Position numbers and translations under genes: made by a program. DNA of 64,000 nucleotides from Macrostomum lignano. Its lineage: Eukaryota. Below the pieces are notes generated by a model, which had not been told where the DNA came from, made no database searches, and saw only the letters and a program-made list of their open reading frames with translations. This document shows, in pieces, positions 1-13,838 of the stretch. Location of the stretch: NCBI GenBank assembly GCA_002269645.1, contig NIVC01001533.1:208877-272876 (forward strand), read 5' to 3'. Position 1 is the stretch's first letter. Each line of letters starts with the position of its first letter.

Positions 1-1220
1 GTAGACTACTCAAGTAGACTACTCAAGTAGACTGCTCAAGTAGACTACTCAAGTAGACTACTCAAGTAGACTACTCAAGTAGACTGCTCAAGTAGACTGC
101 TCAAGTAGACTACTCAAGTAGACTACTCAAGTAGACTGCTCAAGTAGACTACTCAAGTAGACTACTCAAGTAGATTACTCAAGTAGTAGACTACTCAAGT
201 AGACTACTCAAGTAGACTACTCAAGTAGACTACTCAAGTAGACTACTCAAGTAGACTACTCAAGTAGACTACTCAAGTAGATTACTCAAGTAGTAGACTA
301 CTCAAGTAGTAGACTACTCAAGTAGACTACTCAAGTAGACTACTCAAGTAGACTACTCAAGTAGACTACTCAAGTAGATTACTCAAGTAGTAGACTACTC
401 AAGTAGTAGACTACTCAAGTAGGCTACTCAAGTAGACTACTCAAGTAGTAGACTACTCAAGTAGACTACTCAAGTAGACTACTCAAGTAGACTACTCAAG
501 TAGATTACTCAAGTAGTAGACTACTCAAGTAGTAGACTACTCAAGTAGTAGACTACTCAAGTAGACTACTCAGGTAGACTACTCAAGTAGACTACTCAAG
601 TAGACTACTCAAGTAGACTACTCAAGTAGACTTCTCAAGTAGACTACTCAAGTAGACTACTCAAGTATATAGACTACTCAAGTAGATTACTCAAGTAGTA
701 GACTACTCAAGTAGACTACTCAAGTAGACTGCTCAAGTAGACTACTCAAGTAGACTACTCAAGTAGACTACTCAAGTAGACTACTCAAGTAGACTGCTCA
801 AGTAGACTACTCAAGTAGACTACTCAAGTAGACTACTCAAGTAGACTACTCAAGTAGACTACTCAAGTAGACTGCTCAAGTAGACTACTCAAGTAGACTA
901 CTCAAGTAGACTACTCAAGTAGACTACTCAAGTAGACTACTCAAGTAGACTACTCAAGTAGACTACTCAAGTAGTAGACTACTCAAGTAGTAGACTACTC
1001 AAGTAGACTACTCAAGTAGACTACTCAAGTAGACTACTCAAGTAGACTACTCAAGTAGATACTCAAGTAGTAGACTACTCAAGTAGTAGACTACTCAAGT
1101 AGACTACTCAAGTAGACTACTCAAGTATACTACTCAAGTAGACTGCTCAAGTAGACTACTCAAGTATACTACTCAAGTAGACTGCTCAAGTAGACTACTC
1201 AAGTAGACTACTCAAGTAGA
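1..1220. repeat. 13-bp satellite (GTAGACTACTCAA)n, truncated by window start
   Basis: Direct reading: roughly 90 units with occasional GTA insertions and CTG/ATT variants. Confidence 0.97.
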
Positions 1221-1341
1221 AGGACGAGAAACTACGTTTCTTGTAAAATTTAAGGAGGCAGCAGTTTTACCGAAAATTAATACATTACGGAAATATGTGG
1301 TTTACAGTTTTTCAGCGCATTTTTAGCAGGCAGGCCCAGTT

Positions 1342-1400
1342 ATGTTCATCTTTTGATATGTCTCGCCTTTCTTATAGCTCTATTGATATTTATAAAGCCT
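1342..1400 (+). repeat. Dispersed repeat fragment, second copy at 22093-22149
   Basis: ATGTTCATCTTTTGATATG...CCTTTCT.ATAGCTCTATTGATATT.ATAAAGC is present at both sites. Confidence 0.7.
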
Positions 1401-1576
1401 TCTTTTAAAAAATGATCATTTTATGTTCATTTTATATCCTACGCGCAATCGTACATAGTGATATACAGTGCCTAAAAATAATAAAATGGCACAGCTCGAC
1501 TCATAGGCTTTACGAATCCATTCTATCATTTTAGCTTTATGTGTAACTTGTAACTAATGTAACTAAAACACAAAAC

Positions 1577-2040
1577 ACTGCTGTTCGAGCGATTTCGTCA
1601 GCGTCCAGGTCTCGGCATTGTACAACAGTACGGTCTCAATCACCGCCTGGAACTTCTGGCGGTCAGGCGGACTGCAGGACAGCCCTCACGGAACGGAAGG
1701 CAGCCCAGACAAGTCCACGGCGACGTCGCAGATCCTCGCGAGCGTCCGGCACCAGACCGTCGAGGTAGAAAAACTGCTGACAGCGTTGAAGCCTCATCAC
1801 CTGTCCATCAGCGCCTGGGTAGAAAATCGCAGCCTCGATGTCGTCCGGCATGCAGAGCACGACGGTCTTCTGCGTGTTGACCACCAGGCCGACACTCGCC
1901 GCAACGCTTACCACCCGGCAACTGGCGATGGGTGTCCTCGAAGACTCTCCGGTTGGCGTCGACCCACGCCTCGAACCAACGTTGCCGGCCTCGCCGGTTT
2001 CGCTCACGCCGACGTACAAACTCGCCGGCGCTCGCTTCGC
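1577..2040 (-). mobile_element. Degenerate RTE-like non-LTR retrotransposon, RT C-terminal fragment
   Basis: Minus-strand translation gives AASVGLVVNTQKTVVL...QQFFYLDG...DLRRRRGLVWAAFRSVRAVLQS, then after a frameshift FQAVIETVLLYNAETWTLT. This matches the LINE thumb motifs GLxIN..KT, FxYLG and LLYGxETWTL. It is frameshifted and truncated. Confidence 0.8.
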
Positions 2041-2586
2041 TGCCCTCGCTTGGTAGAAAGACAATGCATATCAAAATATGAAGCTTGGGTCTGCCTCCTA
2101 TCAAAAGCAATACCAGTTTTTGTACTTAAAAAATAAAAACCTCAAATTTCATAATTTCTTTTTTCGGCAAAACCTGCCTTCTGAAACTTTCCAAGAAACT
2201 TCTACTTGAGTCACCCCCGCGTGAGAAGCCTCAATGCGCAACTTCGACCTCCCCTGGTTTGTTTAGCAATTTCTCACTTCAGCTCTTCACTGAACAGTGA
2301 CAAATGACGCTGCTTGACCCTGCTGTGCAAATCTCTCATCGACTCGGCTGTGCCAGTTTATCGTGTTCGTGAATATGCAATGCCGAATCAGGGTGATATT
2401 TAATAAGTTCAGCTTAAGTATTTACTCAATTTCTAGCTCCTTTTTTCGGTCCACTAACATTTTTTTCGAAATCGCAGGGAAACTGAAGTCGATTGATTTT
2501 ATTGGATATCCGCTACAGACCCCCCAAACTAACCACTTGGCTAAGTTTGCTGTGTTCATAACTTCCCTCGTAGATTAGGTAAATCA

Positions 2587-3150
2587 GAAAGCCTACTCTC
2601 TAATGAGCACAAAGCCTACTCTCTGATGTACACCGGGGTGAGGTGAAGCAGAAAGTCTACTCTCTGATGTACACTGGGTGAGGTGAAGCAGAAAGCCTAC
2701 TCTCTGATGTACACTGGGTGAGGTGAAGCAGAAAGCCTACTCTCTGATGTACACTGGGTGAGGTGAAGCACGAAGCGTATTTTCTGATGTACACTAGGGT
2801 GAGGTGAAGCACAAAGCCTACTCTCTGATGTACACTGGGTGAGGTGAAGCACAAAGCGTATTCTCTGATGTACACTAGGGTGAGGTGAAGCACGAAGCGT
2901 ATTTTCTGATGTACACTAGGGTGAGGTGAAGCAGAAAGCCTACTCTCTGATGTACACTGGAGTGAGGTGAAGCCTGATCAGGTTTTGTGTGCCAGAGCAA
3001 ATAACAAGTGAGGTGAAGCAAAAGTATTCTGATTACACTGATGGTGAGGATGAAGCAAAAATAAAAATAAAAGCCGCTATTTGAAAAACTGTACACTGTC
3101 CCGAGGTGGCAAAATATGCGCGCCATACTGATGTACACTGTGAGGTGAAG
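2587..3150. repeat. 40-bp minisatellite (GAAAGCCTACTCTCTGATGTACACTGGGTGAGGTGAAGCA)n
   Basis: About 9 good units plus degenerate copies towards 3150. Confidence 0.93.
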
Positions 3151-4328
3151 CTAGAAGCGTTCTAGCATTTTGTAGCTTTTTTGTTGGGTCTTCTCGAATT
3201 CGCTCTCGAAATTTTAGCTTTTTCTCCAACCCCACCTCCGCCGCTCAGGTTTGCATGGCCTGCTATTGCTTTCGTTGTCACTGGGGAGAAAATCAGGTTG
3301 CTAGTCTGTCCGCATCCCTTTCTGTTCTATTTGCTCTTGGACCGTCCTGCCCTGGCAACTCACCAAATCGCCTGCCTCTCCCTCAGTCACGTTCTGAAAG
3401 CAAGGAGCACGGACTGGGCGAGCTAGCTGTGTCCGCATCCAACTCACCCTACTCTCTCGCCTATATCCCAACTAGCTCTTTCGGCCCCATCCATTCAGAC
3501 TGTTTCATTTTGTCTCTCGCCCCGTCCTTCCGTTTCCTAGCTCTTTTCTGACGCGCCACAATTGCGCGCGCCGTCGAATCGGAAGGGGAAGCAGCCAGAC
3601 TGGGAGAGAAGGGTGGAGGGAAGTCCAAAATTGCCTATCTGTGTTTGGTAGTCGCAGGCTCGATTCAAACAAACAAACCACCGCGCCAGCAGCATGGCTG
3701 CGACTCGGTCTCATTCCAGCTGGCTGTCCGTCAAAAATATAAATCCCAGTGGCTGTGGTCCGGCCGGGATTGGTTTGGACTTGGATTTTGATTAAACCGA
3801 CTCTGCTAGCTATGCAGACTCACACGCTTCGTTGAGTGAGAGATGGCGCGGTTAAGGAAAAAAACAAGAGAATAAAAAATTTATTGGAAAAACCTCTTCA
3901 TCATGGATTTTCAATGCGTTTGATTGAACGCAAATTTAGTGTTATAGTCAATTTTAATGATTTTTTAAATCAGATTTCAAGCCAGAACTAGAGTTCTGCA
4001 CCCCTCCGGCTGTACCCGTACCGGCAGAATTGCCTCAACCCCCTTTGCTGTACCTCTGGTACTATCCATTGTGAAAGCTTCTGTACCGGAATTTTTAGTA
4101 CAGGTTCGTCATTCTCCCCTTTCTCTATCTTCCCCTCTCGTACTCAGTTTTTATACTGGTATGGACGTTTTTAAAGCTGAAAATTGAATGCAAGCCTGGA
4201 CTCTCTACTCAGGTGTCTCCAGCTGGGGTGAATAAATGTCGATAAAGTAACACTGACAATGAGGCAGTGCCTTTGTTTGGCGCAATATAATTAATAATTA
4301 TTATTGTTGGTTACACCTGAACTAATCT

Positions 4329-4492
4329 GCAGATGTGCAACCGACAGCTCAGCCGCAGCTATATTGCGCGGCGCATCTGAAAGCTGCGTACGGCTGTTCA
4401 GTCTATAAGGACTGGGGGGTCGCCACACACACACCTTCAATTGCCCCAGCTAATGCTGGCACCCATTTTAAATCTGGGTGAACTGAAGCAAT
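4329..4492 (-). mobile_element. SINE family A, partial copy (core and 3' tail)
   Basis: Near-identical to 52091-52240 and to the reverse complement of 20456-20556. Confidence 0.8.
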
Positions 4493-5574
4493 AATAAGTA
4501 GCCGATGCACAATTAAATGTTATTGATTCGCGAATGAGTTTTTAAAACATTTATTGATGTAACATACGGACACGCAGCTATATAGCGGACAGGGGTTACA
4601 GGGTCAATTATTCAATTATTTCTATTATCAGTTTGGGGACTGAACAACGTTGATTAAAATCGAGATAGAAATTAGATGGGACAAAAGAGTGGCAAGAAAA
4701 ATTTGCTTCAAAAATCTACAAAAATTGCGTTGCTAATGCATCAAACTCTGGTGGTGTGCTCGACCGTGAGCAGGAGTCACAACATTACGAGACTGACAAT
4801 CAATCAATAGGAGCATAATGCAACAACAAAGCAAATAAAATAACAATTTCCTGCAAAAGCTGACTACTTCTATCACGCAATTGGGTTATTGTACTTGTAT
4901 ACAGGTATCTATATTAATCTAGTCATTAATTTGAAGCAATAATTTTTTTGTCTAATTGAGAAGTCCCTTCTGCTTCTGCACTTCTTTATTGCACACCACA
5001 AAAGCTATTGTTTTCCCCAACACAATTGCCTCCTGTCTGATAGCAGGCCCTGCATGCGATAGGATGCTGTCACAGTTGTAAATAACAAAGAGCGGCAGAA
5101 AACGGCATTAAAACCCATGCAGCCTAACAACTATAGGTACTTCAGTATAAGCGGGGACTGTGGGTGCAGTAGTCCCCCTTAATTGTCAGAATCCACGGAT
5201 AGCCGCGGGTTCGTACACAGGGGATTATACTGCTGTATTTCTTGTGCTGTCAGGTATGCCTGTACACTTTTACTATTTTAATAGGTTTCAAATCAGCCCC
5301 AAGCTGAGGACTCAATGAGAGTCACTAACTTTTTTGTGAATACACAGTTGGAGACGAGCCCGGGTCTTTGTAGGGATCCAAGATATAGTAAAAATATATC
5401 TAAATTTTGCTAAAAAAGCGCCAACAACATTTTATGAGCGCAACAATAGTTCCAAGGATAATCCAACATTTACAGCTCTAACGAATTACAGGAGTCATAT
5501 AAGCTTGCGGCGCGTTTTACATGGGCTCAGAAGACAGACGTTGCCGAAGGTTTCTCAGCCATTCGGGAACATTT

Positions 5575-6909
5575 TCAGCTCTCATCATTTTGCGATCGAC
5601 GATCTCCGCTCACAATCAGTGCCTGGGTCACCTCGCTGCAAGGCTGCACCGCCTCCACGGGCGCGGCCCCTGCTTCGGGCTTTGTTGTCACTGACGCCTG
5701 TCGGCCGCTTGGGGCCGCGAGCTCGAGTTTCTCACCCCCATTCTTCATTACCGCCGCTCCCGTCACGGATTTGCGACCACCAGCGCCTCCGCCATGACTG
5801 CCGCCTCTGCAGTAGCGCAGAACTCGCGACCGGAAGACAGTCGACGAGATGAAATACGCGACAAAGTTGGTGGCGTTGTTAGCAAACATCAGCGTCTTCA
5901 ATGCGTTCAGAGTCACGCGGCGCATTGCAGCGTCGTCTGGAAACTTGTAACCGTAGACATTTAACACCTGAGTGATGGAAGCCGGCAGTGTGGTGATGAT
6001 GTGGATGACGGTAAGAACTGCCAATATCTTCATCACGCTCTCCGGCTTGCGACGACCTCCGCCGCCTCCGTCTTGTTTATTCCGATTATTGCTCGTCTTC
6101 TTGCTCTTGTGCTGCTTCACGGCGGCGGCTTGTCGCCGAATGGCGGCGTAGATGTAGATATTGCAAAACAGGAGGATGGTGTAGGGAATGAACAGATAGG
6201 TGACCAAGTCCAGTTTAGCAAACCACTGGCCAAACGCTTTGTCGTAGCTGCATCGATGCGGCAGCACCGTATAGTCGGTGTCATCAAGATCGTTGACCAG
6301 CTGCTCCCAGCTGACTTGATTATTGACCCTGGTGAGGTTCTTCGCCGGACTGCTCAATAGCCGAACGCATTCAACGACATGGCGATAGAACACAATGGGC
6401 GCATTCTTGGCCACCATAATCGCAACTAGGGAGCCGTAGGCTATTCCCAGATTGCGACCCGTCAGCAGCTGTTGCACCCGGTAGGGGAAAGCGACAGCGA
6501 TGAAGCGCTCTACTCCGATGCCGCAGAGCGTGTACACTGCCACGTCGCTGACGGTGGCTACGACCGCCTGGTGCCAGAAGCACACCACCGGGTGCAGGTC
6601 GCGAATGTCGACTTGCAGTGTCTCCGTCAGCCAGTAGCGCACAACAGCCAGTAGCAAAACGGCGCAATCAGTGAGCGCCAGGCTGACCATCAGGAAGCGA
6701 GTGGTGCCACGATTAGACCGCTCGGTGCCCTGAATGTAAGCCGTGGCCAAGTTGCCGGCAGCGCCGCCGACAATAATGATGGCGCCAAATACTCGGATGC
6801 ACCATTCGGCGGCGACCAGTCTGGTGCTTTTGTCGCCGGAGTGCCCTGCGCTGGGGCAGACGTTCACGTAGCCGCTTGAGTTGTTTGCGGCGAAGTTGGC
6901 GATCGACAT
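5575..6909 (-). CDS. Intronless rhodopsin-like (class A) GPCR, peptide/FMRFamide-receptor-like orphan, 444 aa
   Basis: Seven hydrophobic helices; GN in TM1, LALTD in TM2, ERFIAVAFP (DRY-like) after TM3, FIPY in TM5, TLP in TM6, NNATNFVAY in TM7; N-glycosylation sequon NSS near the N-terminus. Confidence 0.9.
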   Translation of the reverse strand: MSIANFAANNSSGYVNVCPSAGHSGDKSTRLVAAEWCIRVFGAIIIVGGAAGNLATAYIQGTERSNRGTTRFLMVSLALTDCAVLLLAVVRYWLTETLQVDIRDLHPVVCFWHQAVVATVSDVAVYTLCGIGVERFIAVAFPYRVQQLLTGRNLGIAYGSLVAIMVAKNAPIVFYRHVVECVRLLSSPAKNLTRVNNQVSWEQLVNDLDDTDYTVLPHRCSYDKAFGQWFAKLDLVTYLFIPYTILLFCNIYIYAAIRRQAAAVKQHKSKKTSNNRNKQDGGGGGRRKPESVMKILAVLTVIHIITTLPASITQVLNVYGYKFPDDAAMRRVTLNALKTLMFANNATNFVAYFISSTVFRSRVLRYCRGGSHGGGAGGRKSVTGAAVMKNGGEKLELAAPSGRQASVTTKPEAGAAPVEAVQPCSEVTQALIVSGDRRSQNDES

Positions 6910-7574
6910 CCAGCCGTTGTTCCTCTGTCTGACGACAATGAAAGAGCCGCGTAAGCGTGTTGAATCGGGAGGCGATGGCTACACGCGCGAACGCAAGCCT
7001 TCTTGACTTTGTCGCGGCCTTTATTTGCCTGCTGTAGGGCCAATGGAATCGGTTGAGCTGGGGTGGGCTAACGAGGAAGGAACGAGGAAGGCCACTGGGC
7101 GCCAATCTCTTTCAAGCATTGTTGAGTTTCACATGCCCATTATACGAGCTCGTTTCTGCCTATCGGTCCATTTTTGTCTAAGAGAACCGATTGTCTATCA
7201 TGGCTGCTCTACGTGCTCTGCATCCATTGTGCATATCTCACTGTCAGATTTTCTCAGCCATGCTGTCTACTTTTCAATCTAGCATATATAGAACTTCCTA
7301 GTCTTGCAGATACGAGTATTTTAAACGGTTAAATCAATGGAAAAGGCGATATAGAGCCTACGCTCGTATCAAAGCAGCTCTCGCGTCAGCCCTTATCCCA
7401 TGCAAACACGAATATATAATTTTCATCGATTTCGCATCTTTCGCTTCGCTTCAAATCCGCTTTTCAAAGCTGGACTCTGGGCCTCGCTTGCTCAATTATT
7501 CTTTTTTAGTCTGCGCCTGTTCATGGATCAGGGGAACGGCCTAGCTGTTTGAATCCGCGCTTGCTGTGAGTCCG

Positions 7575-8300
<726 letters not shown>

Positions 8301-9149
8301 CAGAAATGCGAGAGATTATTGTACAGCCGCTGCATTTCTAGACAATTTCTTGCCTCAAGTTATCCGTCACGATCGGGATTAGAAGAATATGAAGCAGGGT
8401 TAAGCGCCTTCTCACTAGTATTATTTATTCTCTGAAATCCCCCCAACCCAGTGCCTCCTACAGTCTGAGGAGGCAGTTTCAGTGAAGCGGAACCTCAGCC
8501 CTTCAGCTAATTACATTGGAAGTTAAGCAATTTAGCGAGATATGAGATGATAATTCCGCCGCCATAGTTTTCAATCAGCCCTCAATCATCTCGTCCGCAG
8601 TCTCGTAACTTCCTCTTTGCTATTATTATGCCTCAACTTTGCAATTGACGCTGACTGACTGTAATTTCCGCGGTTGGGAAAATCCTTCCAAGAAATATGC
8701 GGCAGCCATTGTAGTTGAGTAGTGCGAAATGGCACAGGCGACAGCGGTAAGGCCTCACGCACACGAGAGGAAACAATAAACTGCTCTAAGGGAGCCGGTT
8801 ATGGCTTCGGTGTAGTCAGCCTTTTTCTGGTCATTTTCTTCTCACTCTGCGGTGATCCGCGTGCGTGCAAAGTATTTTTTTCCGATAAAAATAACAATTA
8901 GCACTTCAATCAAGTTGCCACCTGATCAACCGACCGCTACTTTGTGCTGCTTTGATATTCTAAGGCTTCAGTGTAAACAACAGATGCCATGCAGCTTTCT
9001 TTTTGCTGCAAACTTTGTGAATTCAGGGAAACTCTCACGCTAGTAAGACCCGATTAGCAAACGACAAAGAGGAAGGGCGAAGGTTGGAAAAATCAAAGGT
9101 AGAGAGGCACATAAATACAGAGGAAAAGTTAATAAAATGGACAGGCAAC

Positions 9150-9930
9150 AAGGGAAAGGGCGGGAGTGCATGAGAGGTAGACAGTGTGTGTGGGAGCTTG
9201 GAGGAATTTGGAGAGGGAGAGAGTGGGAGAGGTGAGAATGAGAGAGGGCAGAGTTGGAGAGGGAGAGTGGGAGAGGTGAGAATGAGAGAGGGCAGAGTTG
9301 GAGAGGGAGAGTGGGAGAGGTGAGAATGAGAGAGGGCAGAGTTGGAGAGGGAGAGAGTCGGAGAGATGAGAATGAGAGAGGGCAGAGTTGGAGAGCGAGA
9401 GTGGGAGAGGTGAGAATGAGAGAGGGCAGAGTTGGAGAGGGAGAGTGGGAGAGGTGAGAATGAGAGAGGGCAGAGTTGTAGGGAGAGTGGGAGAGGTGAG
9501 AATGAGAGAGGGCAGAGTTGGAGAGCGAGAGTGGGAGAGATGAGAATGAGAGAGGGCAGAGTTGGAGAGGGAGAGTGGGAGAGGGGAGAATGAGAGAGGA
9601 CAGAGTTGGAGAGGGAGAGTGGGAGAGGTGAGAATGAGAGAGGGCAGAGTTGGAGAGGGAGAGTGGGAGAGTGGGAGACGTGAGAGTGAGAGAGGGAGAG
9701 TTCCAGAGGGAGAAGTGGGATTGGAAAGAGAGAGAGGGAGAGCGCAGAGAGATTGGGAGAGTGGGATAGGAAAAAGTGGGAGAGGGAGAGTGGAGAGGCA
9801 GACAGACATTGTTTGGACCTTAGAAACGCTTTCTGTAAACAGAGTGGGAGAGGGAGAGTAGAGAGGGAGTGGAGAGGGAAAGTGGGACAGTGGGAGAGGG
9901 AGAGTGGAGACTAGGAGATGTGGAGGGAAA
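9150..9930. repeat. GA-rich tract with a 44-bp tandem unit in 9212-9670
   Basis: Repeating GAGAGGGAGAGTGGGAGAGGTGAGAATGAGAGAGGGCAGAGTTG. Confidence 0.9.
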
Positions 9931-10611
9931 CAAAGCAGGAGAGTGTGTGACGCAGCAGTTGCGAAGGCATCAGCTCCAGTTAGGCGGCATTATCCAGTAG
10001 GACAGTCGAACTTTATTGGCGGCAATAAAGATTGGTAAAAAAAGGCCGAGACAGCCGACGGAATTCCACTGAGCCGGCCGCTATCTCCTAATCCCCAGGC
10101 GGAACGCGCGGCAGGCGGAAGTCCAATATGTTTTTGCAAATGAGAATTGCAGGGACAGGACTCCCAGCTGAAGGGGGGTGGTGGGGGAGGTCTGTAGTGC
10201 CCAGACAAGGGTAAGAATCGCAGTCGAAGTTCATAGCTCCCTTCTACTTTTATCTCCTCCTCTTATATCGTAGTATATCTGAGGCGTGCTTCAGTTAAAC
10301 CGGATTTTATAGTCATTCTGTTTCTGTGCAGGAAATGCCGATAAGCCTATAATTAGTTTATCGAATGAGATTTGGTGCAAGTACCGTCCTATTGCAGACC
10401 CTCAACCTCATCTCTCTCCAATTTCTATCAAGCATTGTAGAGTTGATCCGCACGAATAAGTTTATCAGGCCGGAATGCCAGTCTATGAGTGTCTTCATTG
10501 CGTCGAAATTGAGTACCATGTCATCCCGCCTGTACTGGGGCAGTGGACAGTGTGTTCTGATTAATCGATCCGCTTTGTTGAAGCCAGGATACACCGGTAG
10601 CGGAGTATTTC

Positions 10612-10975
10612 AGGGTAGATGGTGTTAGGGATAGCATGGGATGTCAGGGTAGATGGTGCTGTGGATAGCATGGAATGTCAGGGTAGATGGTGCTATGGAT
10701 AGCATGGGATGTCAGGGTAGATGGTGCTGTGGATAGCATGGGATGTCAGGGTAGATGGTGCTATGGATAGCATGGGATGTCAGGGTAGATGGTGGTACTA
10801 GGGTTAGCATGGGATGTCAGGGTAGATGGTGGTGCTGGGGTTAGCATGGGGTGTCAGGGTAGATGGTGGTGCTAGGGTTAGCATGGGATGTCAGGGTAGA
10901 TGATGGTGCTGTGGATAGCATGGGATGTCGGGGTAGATGATGGTGCTGTGGATAGCATGGAATGTCAGGTAGCAT
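10612..10975. repeat. 31-34-bp minisatellite (GGGATGTCAGGGTAGATGGTGCTGTGGATAGCAT)n
   Basis: About 11 units read directly. Confidence 0.92.
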
Positions 10976-11649
10976 TATGGAGCAATAATTAGAGGAATTT
11001 TATGGGTAAATGGAAAAACAGATGTGGCAAGGGAATTTAGGGAGAAACCCCAAGGTAGTCTTGAGGCTGGCATGTGGAGTTCTCTATTCAGATCTTTCGT
11101 AGAGCTTAGCAAAAGGTGGAGAGAGTTGAAGATTTCCCCTGAGAAGGATATCTGGTTGCAATCAGTGCTCAAGTTTGCACAGATCAAGCAGAGCATTTTA
11201 GGACTTGACAAACACCTAATTAGTGGGATTTTGTTAGAGATTCACCTGCCTACGCAGAAGGCTAATTGAACTCGTCTCCGTGTATTCCTTTGTCAAATAA
11301 AATAGGGAGTGTACGAGTGCTGGTGTTTAGCGCGGGTCGGAACTACGAGCTAAAAACTCAGAGGGTCACAGGAGGCAGTGAGCAGTAAATCAACTTATAC
11401 CGAATCCGTATTTTAATTGCCATCTATGATGGGGCAACTTTAGTAGAGGTTTCGTGTCTCATAAATCTCATAAATTTAATAAACTGAAATTCTGAATTCT
11501 ATTAATTTGAGAAATATGGAGCAATTCTCTGGTGGAATTACTCTGCTGCCAATTGAGATTCAGCTTGACTCCTAAAAGGAATTGTCAGGGAACCTAAGAT
11601 CCTATTGATAGAAGGCGTCCTGAGTATGATCCGTGACGTACAACTGTCA

Positions 11650-11990
11650 ACAGCTGGATAATCTGCTGTTGTGGAGACTCAACCTGATGATTCATCGGGT
11701 TCTGCGTGCTGGACGACATCGAAGCTGCCATTTTGTGCCAAGGAGGTGCGCTATGTTAGCAGTTCGTCTAGGAGGATGGATCTGTATGCAGCATTGCCGT
11801 GGGCTTTTCAGTAGCCCAAGGCCCTACCTGACCGCTAGAGGGTGGCGTTGTTCCAGGCTTAGAGAGACTTGTTATTTCGTTGACCGCCTACCCGGGTTGA
11901 CGGCACAGCCTACGTTTGCGCCCAGGCACTGAGGCGAGCCCTGTGTGACGCTGATGCTCTGTGGACTAACCTGACAGCGTACTTTGTTGA
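11650..11990 (+). mobile_element. Second, more decayed RTE-like fragment of the same family as 1577-2040
   Basis: GGTTCTGCGTGCTGGACGACATCGAAGCTGCCATTTTG matches the VLCxPDDIEAAI segment; CCTGACCGCTAGAGGGTGGCGTTGTTCCAGGCT reads PDR*RVALFQA. Confidence 0.6.
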
Positions 11991-13150
11991 TGCTCTAATA
12001 GAAATTGGCGGTTAACCTTACTGGAAATCTGCTTGGAAGGAAGGAAGATAGGAACCTGGATTAACGTACCAACTTCGATCTCTTTCTGTACTGCAGTGCA
12101 ATATATTCTCGTTCTCATTCTACTCGTACTTCATAGCTTAGTAAAAATTACTTTTAAATTTCATTTAGCCGAAGTGCTCGCACCTGAATCATTTGAAGCG
12201 GCGCAATTAGCCGTTCATTAGCTGGAGCAGTTGCCCTTACTGAACTCTCACTAGCTACCTGACAGGCTGTTTTTGCTTTGACAAACCTTCATTCAGGATA
12301 TTGGATGGTGAAGTTTGTTTTTCTGGTCTTAAAAAAATTCCGAGTCGAATGATTAGTGCTTTCGATTAATTAAATTATAATTAAAGTCAAATTTGCTTCT
12401 CCAAATTGCGCGCTGCACTGAACTGCCCCCCTCAACTAGACTTTCAAACGTGACTTTGAACAAGATTTTTTCTATCAAATTCATTCCTCATTTGACCGTC
12501 GATGTTCGACCGCCTAGACCATGGTTAGAAAAGCCGATTCGCTTCCTTAACTTATATTCCTCGTCTTCTTCTTCAGAGAAAGAAGCGCCGGCTGTCTGGT
12601 TGCAGACGACAGCGAGTGGATCAGGCGTACAGCAACGGCCTGCGCCGCCCAGACATCCATTTTGTCAATTTTTTCTTAAGAAAAAACACGTCGTACTCCT
12701 GCCTAGGGGAAGGCAGGGAGGGCAAATCCACTTTGTCAGCCGTGTCAGTTTGACAAAGGGGGCAAAGCAAAACACAACGAACGGCGGACGAGCGCCGGGT
12801 TTGGGCTGAAGCCGTCCGCTGGTGGCTTCTTTGGGCTTGGGCCGGTCATTGATTGATTGCATCGGGCAAGAATGCAGAACATTTTTTTCTCTACAGAGCG
12901 ACTGCTCCGTTCAAGTACGCAAAATACGATTGATTGTTTGCACTGGGGCCAAGAAATATGGGCTTTTATTCCTAAATATTCCGAGGTCATTCCATTGTTT
13001 TCCATAAAATACTTGTTAAATTGAAGGCTAGATACACTTTTTTAAATTGGCTATGGCTAGTGGTTCAGTTTCAATGAACTTCAAAGTATCTCGGTCCTTT
13101 TGATTGTCTACTCTACAGTTGTCATAGAGCCTTTCAAACAATTTCAATGG

Positions 13151-13838
13151 CCACTGTCAACCACTGTCTACGGTCATCTTGCACTCCTTCAACCACTGTC
13201 AACAACCATCATGCAACCCTTCAACCACTGTCTACAACAATCATGCAGCCCTTCAACCACTGTCTACAACCATCATGCAGCCCTTCAACCACTGTCTACA
13301 ACAATCATGCAGCCCTTCAACCACTGTCAACAACCATCATGCAGCCCTTCAACCACTGTCTACAACAATCATGCAGCCCTTCAAACACTGTCTACAACCA
13401 TCATGCAGCCCTTCAAACACTGTCTACAACCATCATGCAGCCCTTCAACCACTGTCTACAACAATCATGCAGCCCTTCAACCACTGTCTACAACAATCAT
13501 GCAGCCCTTCAACCACTGTCTACAACAATCATGCAGCCCTTCAACCACTGTCTACAACAATCATGCAGCCCTTCAACCACTGTCTACAACAATCATGCAG
13601 CCCTTCAACCACTGTCTACAACAATCATGCACCCCTTCAAACACTGTCTACAACCATCATGCAGCCCTTCAACCACTGTCTACAACAATCATGCAGCCCT
13701 TCAACCACTGTCTACAACCATCATGCAGCCCTTCAACCACTGTCTACAACCATCATGCACCCCTTCAACCTGTCTACAACCATCATGCAGCCCTTCAACC
13801 ACTGTCTACAACCATCATGGAACCCCTCAACCACGTCT
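13151..13838. repeat. 32-bp minisatellite (AACCACTGTCTACAACAATCATGCAGCCCTTC)n
   Basis: About 20 units; explains the three overlapping ORFs at 13100-13905. Confidence 0.96.

Noticed and set aside
10975-11269. Short ORFs at 10975-11269, 12393-13007 and 21900-22280
   Set aside because: No domain similarity or splice structure that I could support
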